From Candidatus Methanomethylophilaceae archaeon (lineage in GTDB: Archaea; Thermoplasmatota; Thermoplasmata; Methanomassiliicoccales; Methanomethylophilaceae), in assembly GCA_041669745.1 (NCBI GenBank), contig JBAYAO010000001.1, positions 1 through 40,831 on the forward strand: DNA of 40,831 nt. Reading direction: 5' to 3'. Of this stretch, positions 35,969 through 40,831 are shown piece by piece (positions within the stretch are counted from its first letter, which is position 1; each line of letters opens with the position of its first letter). The position numbers and the translations under genes were made by a program. The notes beneath the pieces were generated by a model that saw only the letters and a list, made by a program, of their open reading frames with translations, was not told where the DNA came from and did not search any database.

Positions 35969-36762
35969 CTCTTATCCCCTTTGTCGCCTTGGTCTAGTGT
36001 CTCTTCCATTATAGTCTTGCCGTCTATGATATCGGCTCCGCGATTTTTGAAGAATCTGTTTACGTTGTTTATATCCCTCTCGAGGTATTCCTTCGCATTG
36101 AAGTGATCGGCGGTAAGGGCCTGGCCGCAGTCGATCATTACGGGTTGGCCGTCCCACATCAGGATATTGTACTCGCTGAGATCGCCGTGCACCAGATGTG
36201 CATCCTTGAAGCCGTCTATGATGAAGGATAATACCTCCTCGTAGATGTCATCGACATCTTTCGGCTTCATCGTGATATTTTTTATCTGCGGTGCCGGTCC
36301 GTGTTCATCACCGATGAACTCCATGAGAAGGCAATTCTTTTTGAATTCTATAGGTTCCGGGACAGGAATATCCGCCTCGTAGTACCTTTGCAGATTGCGG
36401 TACTCCTTGTTGGTCCAGGCGTAAATCAGTTTTCTGCGATTTCCGGAGAGACCTTTGAACCTGGGGTCGCCCTCGATGTATTTTGAGAGCCTATTGAAAG
36501 ATGCATTGGATGTCCTGAATATCTTCAGCGCCATAGGTTCGTCGTCGTCATTGGTCGCGTAGAAGACATTCCCCTCCTTACCTGTGGAGATAGGATAATG
36601 AACGGACTCGATCACCCCGTTGGTCATCAGGTCGTATATCACCATCAGTGTCTGTCTGTCAAATACCTCGTCGGCCGTTTCCTTCTCATCGCCGGTCCTA
36701 TTGGTCTTCAGGGCATCTACGTGCCTTTCGAGATAAGCGTAAACCTCGTCATGTGATGCCAT
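35965..36762 (-). CDS. rio1: RIO-type serine protein kinase Rio1
   Basis: The translation shows STGKEGNVFYA, a catalytic LVHGDLSEYNIL and IDCGQA. There is no N-terminal wHTH, so this is the Rio1 type. Confidence 0.9.
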   Translation of the reverse strand: MASHDEVYAYLERHVDALKTNRTGDEKETADEVFDRQTLMVIYDLMTNGVIESVHYPISTGKEGNVFYATNDDDEPMALKIFRTSNASFNRLSKYIEGDPRFKGLSGNRRKLIYAWTNKEYRNLQRYYEADIPVPEPIEFKKNCLLMEFIGDEHGPAPQIKNITMKPKDVDDIYEEVLSFIIDGFKDAHLVHGDLSEYNILMWDGQPVMIDCGQALTADHFNAKEYLERDINNVNRFFKNRGADIIDGKTIMEETLDQGDKGDKR

Positions 36763-36777
36763 GAGGGGTCACTCCTT

Positions 36778-37107
36778 TCAGAAAATGTCCAAATTTTTAG
36801 GGACCTTGTTCCTTTTACTGAGATTCACGGCCTGTGTCTTGGTATAACGGAACCTGACGTCGCATTTGTCAGGCTGGAAATCCCATATCGAAATGATGAG
36901 GAGGTCCCCTTCCCTGATCCACATCCTCTTCTTTATCTTGCCGGGGATCCTCCCCATTCTGGATACCCCGTCCTCACACATGACCTTGATTTTGGATGCT
37001 CCGAGCAGCTGATCGGCTATGCCGAATATCTCGCCTTCCTTGATATTCGGCAAACGTACACGCGTCACGTCCTCATCAGGACTCTCCATGGGTTCATTGC
37101 CGCTCAT
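36778..37107 (-). CDS. eif1a: Translation initiation factor aIF-1A
   Basis: The translation reads RVRLPNIKEGEIFGIADQLLGASKIKVMCEDGVSRMGRIPGKIKKRMWIREGDLLI (S1/OB fold). Confidence 0.92.
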   Translation of the reverse strand: MSGNEPMESPDEDVTRVRLPNIKEGEIFGIADQLLGASKIKVMCEDGVSRMGRIPGKIKKRMWIREGDLLIISIWDFQPDKCDVRFRYTKTQAVNLSKRNKVPKNLDIF

Positions 37108-37226
37108 ATTGACATCTCCGCTGACTCAGTCCATAGTTTACCTATATATTAAGGATTCCCATTTGGCCTATTGCGGACAATTGATAGGAAACTATTTTAA
37201 AGGAATTCCATTATCGCGACCGTACA

Positions 37227-37302
37227 GCTCATGTAGTGTAGCGGCCAATCATTCCGCCCTTTCGAGGCGGACACCCGGGTTCAAATCCCGGCATGAGCAC
37301 CA
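37227..37302 (+). tRNA. tRNA-Glu (anticodon UUC), CCA encoded
   Basis: The acceptor is GCTCATG/CATGAGC. The anticodon stem is CCGCC/GGCGG with loop CTTTCGA. The T-loop is GGGTTCAAATCCC and the 3' end is ACCA. A TATA-like TTTTAAAG lies about 30 nt upstream. Confidence 0.92.
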
Positions 37303-37386
37303 TGTATTTTCCGGTTTACGGTCTTCGTTTTCTGGGTTCGGTATATCATTAAAGCCACTTGATGTGGAAAGATGTTTGAAAGAGGT

Positions 37387-38841
37387 TTACGCCTTTGCAT
37401 CTCTGTACTTCTTGTCCCTGACTCCCATGGATATGGTGAATGCCACCAGTGCCAAAATCACAGCAACGAAGAATGCAGGTCTGAACGCAGAGATCAGCCA
37501 GTCAAAGTTGCCGCCTGATGCCAGGATACCTCCGACAGGGATGACCAGTGCGTTGAGGAATACGGCGTTTAGTATTGCCACACCCGTGGAGCTTCCTGCC
37601 TGTCTGAATGTGTTGATCAGTCCTGACAATTGGCCGTCCTCACCTTCTTTACAATATCCGAAAGACAGATTGGTCGATGCGACGAGAGCAGCTCCGACAC
37701 CCAGACCCATTATGAACAGGGTCAGCAGGATGAACAGAAGACCCGTATTCTCGGTGAAGAAGGTCATCATGAAGAAACCAGCGGCACCGATGAGGCATCC
37801 GATCGATGCGTATCGGCTGTTAACACCTGTTACGTCAGCAAGTTTACCGACCGTCGGACCCGCAACCAGGATGCCGATGGAATTCGCGATCATTATGAAA
37901 CCGAGTTCGACCGTGGTGTAGCCCTGCGCATATTGCAGGTAGTACGGCAGAAGCAGATAGCTTCCCGACATCGCACCGAAAAGCAGCAGTGTGGAGACAT
38001 TGCTTCCAATGACATCTTTGATCGCAACCAGTCTGAGGGAGACCAAAGGATCCCTTGATCTCTGTTCCCACCAGGCGACAAGTCCTCCGGCCACCAACAT
38101 TATGACGATCAACAGCAATCCCTCGTGGGACATCCAGCCGATGTCCTGACCTACGTTGAGATAGTATATCAGAGCAAACATCATCACGAACAGAAGACCT
38201 GCACCTGCGAAATCCAGTCTTTCCCCTTTCTCATTGATCTTGGTGTTGCTCATGGATCTCAGAGACATCAGTATGCAGATCAATCCAATGGGGACGTTTA
38301 TGAAGAATATGTACGACCAGTGGAAATACACAAGTATGCCGCCCAGCGCCGGTCCGAACGCTGTACCCGCCGATGCTGCCAAGGTGATGTATCCTATGGC
38401 GGTACCCCGTATGGATAGGGGCATGTATGTTGATACCATGGCAAGTCCCATAGCGATCACCATGCCTGCACCGAGTCCCTGGATCGCCCTGAGGATAATG
38501 ATGGCTCCAAGACCTAAACCGCTTATGAATCCGGCGAGACCGATTATTAAGGAGGTCGTCGTAAAGATCGCAATACCGGTAAGAAACACATTCCTGTACC
38601 CGATATTCGTTCCTAGTTTTCCCCACAGGAGTACGAAACAGCACAGGGTCAGAGTGTATGCAAGCAAGACCCATGAGATGTTAGCCGTACTTCCCTCGGT
38701 AGCGAAGTCCTTTGCCATCGTCGGTAAGGCCACGGTCACTATGGTGGCATCCAAGGAGGTCATGAAAGTTCCCAGAACAATCGAGATCAATACGATTTTC
38801 TGTTTTCTACTGAGAGCTTTGCTCTCATTTTTCTCAAACAT
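37387..38841 (-). CDS. MFS transporter, DHA2/EmrB-like (14-TM type)
   Basis: The N-terminal LGTFMTSLDATIVTVALPTM is typical of DHA2 drug:H+ antiporters. The ORF has 484 codons. Confidence 0.85.
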   Translation of the reverse strand: MFEKNESKALSRKQKIVLISIVLGTFMTSLDATIVTVALPTMAKDFATEGSTANISWVLLAYTLTLCCFVLLWGKLGTNIGYRNVFLTGIAIFTTTSLIIGLAGFISGLGLGAIIILRAIQGLGAGMVIAMGLAMVSTYMPLSIRGTAIGYITLAASAGTAFGPALGGILVYFHWSYIFFINVPIGLICILMSLRSMSNTKINEKGERLDFAGAGLLFVMMFALIYYLNVGQDIGWMSHEGLLLIVIMLVAGGLVAWWEQRSRDPLVSLRLVAIKDVIGSNVSTLLLFGAMSGSYLLLPYYLQYAQGYTTVELGFIMIANSIGILVAGPTVGKLADVTGVNSRYASIGCLIGAAGFFMMTFFTENTGLLFILLTLFIMGLGVGAALVASTNLSFGYCKEGEDGQLSGLINTFRQAGSSTGVAILNAVFLNALVIPVGGILASGGNFDWLISAFRPAFFVAVILALVAFTISMGVRDKKYRDAKA

Positions 38842-38876
38842 GTCGGCAGAATGGAAGTTCAGGTTTTAAAACGCAT

Positions 38877-39977
38877 TTATCTCATGGTCTTCTTCCTGAA
38901 GATCTCGTTTTCCTTCACGATGGCGTCTGCATTGCGCCAATCGACTCTTTTGACGATAGGTAGCTTCTTTGGGAAAGTTTTCAGCATGGCATCCATGAGA
39001 TTCCTGTCCGCGCAGGGTATCTTTTTCAGTCTGTCGCGGTCCCAGTTGTCTATCAGTTCATACACGGCCTCGATGCCCTCATTGTAGAATTCCGACGTGA
39101 GTACGGCGACAACTATGGCATTGTTGCTCATTACCGCAACATTTGCACCCCTTACAGCATACTCGCTTCCGTTGTAGGAGATGGAGAGACCGCTGCTGTC
39201 ACGAACCAGATCCATCGCTTGGAAGTCGGTTATGTCCCCGCCTACGTAAACGGTAGAATTGAATTCTATCTCCGTTTTCCTTCGTATTTCCAGCAATGCG
39301 TATGCCTTTTCATTGGCACCGATCGCTGTTATCGGTTTCACGGCTCCGTCTATCTCCATCTTCGGTAGAGAATCGGCAAATATATCGTCAAGGGTCGTCA
39401 CGATGTTCGCGTCATCATCGTCCAATGATTTCGCGTTCGTCAGGGTATACATGGTTTTCGGAATGCGCAGATTCGAGATCCTTGTGCCCATTCCTCGAAT
39501 CGTCTTCGACTCCTGTCTGCTTATCGGTATATCATCGAAGGATACCTGAGTGCAGCCTACGTTGTTCATCGGGAATCCTATCGCGTCGCATACTGCCATC
39601 ATGTGATGTTCATATGAACTGGAAGTGATGAATGTCGGAAGGAGATTGAATATATACCTCAGGGCCTTGTCCGCGCCCGGAACCAACTGCAGGTCCTCCT
39701 TGCAGAAATCATAGGCCATGTGGTCCGTGAGTCCGTTAGCCTTCAGAAAGGGAATGATCATCTTCAGTGTACTGCCGATCCTGCTGTTCTCTCGGTTCAA
39801 CGCATATGCGACGAGATCGTCATATCTGGACACAACGTCAAAAAAATGTTCTCCGTTCCTTATGTATTTGGAGCACAGACGTCGGGCGTTGTCGTTCTTC
39901 GACAGAAAACCATGGCAGTTGCATATGAACTGTTTGTCCTCAGTCAATCCGAGTTCTTCCATCGGGTTATATTCCAT
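38877..39977 (-). CDS. Hypothetical protein, HAD-superfamily-like with degenerate motif I
   Basis: Motif II-like FITSSS and motif IV-like VGGDITDFQAM are present. The motif I position reads ICNCHGF rather than DxDGT. The assignment is tentative. Confidence 0.45.
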   Translation of the reverse strand: MEYNPMEELGLTEDKQFICNCHGFLSKNDNARRLCSKYIRNGEHFFDVVSRYDDLVAYALNRENSRIGSTLKMIIPFLKANGLTDHMAYDFCKEDLQLVPGADKALRYIFNLLPTFITSSSYEHHMMAVCDAIGFPMNNVGCTQVSFDDIPISRQESKTIRGMGTRISNLRIPKTMYTLTNAKSLDDDDANIVTTLDDIFADSLPKMEIDGAVKPITAIGANEKAYALLEIRRKTEIEFNSTVYVGGDITDFQAMDLVRDSSGLSISYNGSEYAVRGANVAVMSNNAIVVAVLTSEFYNEGIEAVYELIDNWDRDRLKKIPCADRNLMDAMLKTFPKKLPIVKRVDWRNADAIVKENEIFRKKTMR

Positions 39978-39981
39978 CGAT

Positions 39982-40806
39982 TCACTTCCTCAGGGTCGCG
40001 TTAACCTCTTCGGAAAGGTCGAACGGATGTTTTAACGGTTCTCCTCTCATGTACAATCTCTTGCCTTTTATGCTGGCGGTCCCATCGGCAAACTGTCTTA
40101 TCGTCGAGACTATGAGGGGGATCTCGTGTCTCTTCCCGTCTTCCCTTATCATTCTGAAGAGGGGTTCGTCAACACCTTCGGTATCGATGATCCGTTCAAG
40201 TGTACTGGTCTTCATCTTCTTGTGCAGATCGGCCCACAAGCCATCGTATTCTTTGCCGCGTATCGGGAAACTGCAATATGTCAGTGCGGCGCCCCTGTCC
40301 CATTCCGGCGTGCAAAGATGAATCATCGAACCCTGTTCATCGGCTTCGGTGCGGATGAGTTCCCAGATCACCTCTTCCCAGGTACCCTTGGGTCCGTCAG
40401 GGAGGGCAGGATGCAGATTGATCATATCATAGGTGTCGCATGTCGTGTCGTCCATCCACAGCATATAACCTGCCAGGATTCCGAGGTCGAAATCGTATCC
40501 ATCTATCCTCTTTCTGATCTCGGCTCCGTATTCGTTTCTCCATGCCGTCTGATCCGTGTCCCAGAGATCTGGTCTGAATGTCTTCCACGAGATGGTCACC
40601 AGGGGGATTCCGTAGTCTTTCGCAAGGTCGAAGAATTGTTCCCTCTGATCCTTTTTGGGATTCGGATCTTCGGTGTTGTCCCAGTTGCAGAATACGAACG
40701 AGATGTCTATATCGAGGACGCCCTCCTCTTTTTTTCGCATGACCTCACGCAAAAGGTTGCGGGACCCAGGACCTCTACCAGTCGAGAACCAACCCAGTCT
40801 GAGCAT
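39982..40806 (-). CDS. Formyltransferase-family protein (PurN-like)
   Basis: An N-terminal Rossmann-like LGWFSTGRGPGSRNLL is present. The catalytic region INLHPALPDGPKG is followed by MIHLCTPEWDRGAAL (compare PurN NIHPSLLP ... HxVxxxxDxGPII). Confidence 0.65.
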   Translation of the reverse strand: MLRLGWFSTGRGPGSRNLLREVMRKKEEGVLDIDISFVFCNWDNTEDPNPKKDQREQFFDLAKDYGIPLVTISWKTFRPDLWDTDQTAWRNEYGAEIRKRIDGYDFDLGILAGYMLWMDDTTCDTYDMINLHPALPDGPKGTWEEVIWELIRTEADEQGSMIHLCTPEWDRGAALTYCSFPIRGKEYDGLWADLHKKMKTSTLERIIDTEGVDEPLFRMIREDGKRHEIPLIVSTIRQFADGTASIKGKRLYMRGEPLKHPFDLSEEVNATLRK

Positions 40807-40831
40807 GTTTCTCCATACGGCTCGAAGTATA

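Noticed and set aside
37019-38869. Plus-strand ORFs of 300 and 211 aa lie opposite the DHA2 MFS transporter, and one runs through tRNA-Glu.
   Set aside because: One would read across a tRNA gene. The minus-strand frame is a coherent 14-TM transporter.
1-40831. I looked for CRISPR arrays, rRNA genes, transposases and IS elements.
   Set aside because: I noticed no regularly spaced 25-40-nt repeats, no rRNA-like stretches, and no transposase or integrase-like translations in any frame.

Overview
This window is compact archaeal chromosome with about 50 protein genes and 4 tRNA genes. I found no rRNA, CRISPR array, transposase or integrase. All assignments below come from motifs read by eye in the supplied translations; no database search was run.

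The gene content points to a methylotrophic methanogen, plausibly Methanomassiliicoccales-like (inference). Supporting genes are archaeal information-processing genes (PolB, eL15, eL21, uS15, Rpo4, aIF-1A, Rio1, Pus10, Kae1, fibrillarin), an MtaA/MtbA-type methylcobamide:CoM methyltransferase, and a homoaconitase-type (YLRT loop) dehydratase cluster.

Layout:
- 1-3.3 kb: hacA/leuC-like, hacB/leuD-like, dehydrogenase and aldehyde dehydrogenase genes.
- 3.5-5.1 kb: a low-GC ATPase-nuclease gene next to tRNA-Ser.
- 5.1-10.8 kb: methyltransferase, purH, MT2 methyltransferase, HTH_10 regulator and MFS transporter.
- 10.9-15.5 kb: small Cys-rich proteins, a HEAT protein, a MenA-like prenyltransferase, a radical SAM enzyme and a methyltransferase.
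- 15.8-23.5 kb: tRNA-Val, thioredoxin-like protein, kae1, recJ-like, rps15, a fibrillarin-Nudix fusion, an IMPase/NAD kinase fusion, a JAMM protein and a degenerate phosphohexomutase.
- 24-27.7 kb: tRNA-Leu, MATE, TauE and a degenerate ThiI-like protein.
- 27.8-37.1 kb: a tightly packed minus-strand informational gene block.
- 37.2-40.8 kb: tRNA-Glu, MFS, a HAD-like protein and a PurN-like protein.

Most notable observations:
1. A single-ORF fibrillarin-Nudix fusion with no adjacent nop5, divergent from an NADP phosphatase/NAD kinase gene.
2. An identical palindrome-containing 15-mer in the promoters of the MT2 methyltransferase and the MFS transporter, flanking an HTH_10 regulator gene.
3. 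A prenyltransferase / radical SAM / methyltransferase cluster with an upstream operon of small uncharacterised proteins.
4. Several paralogs whose catalytic motifs look degenerate (phosphohexomutase, ThiI, HAD).
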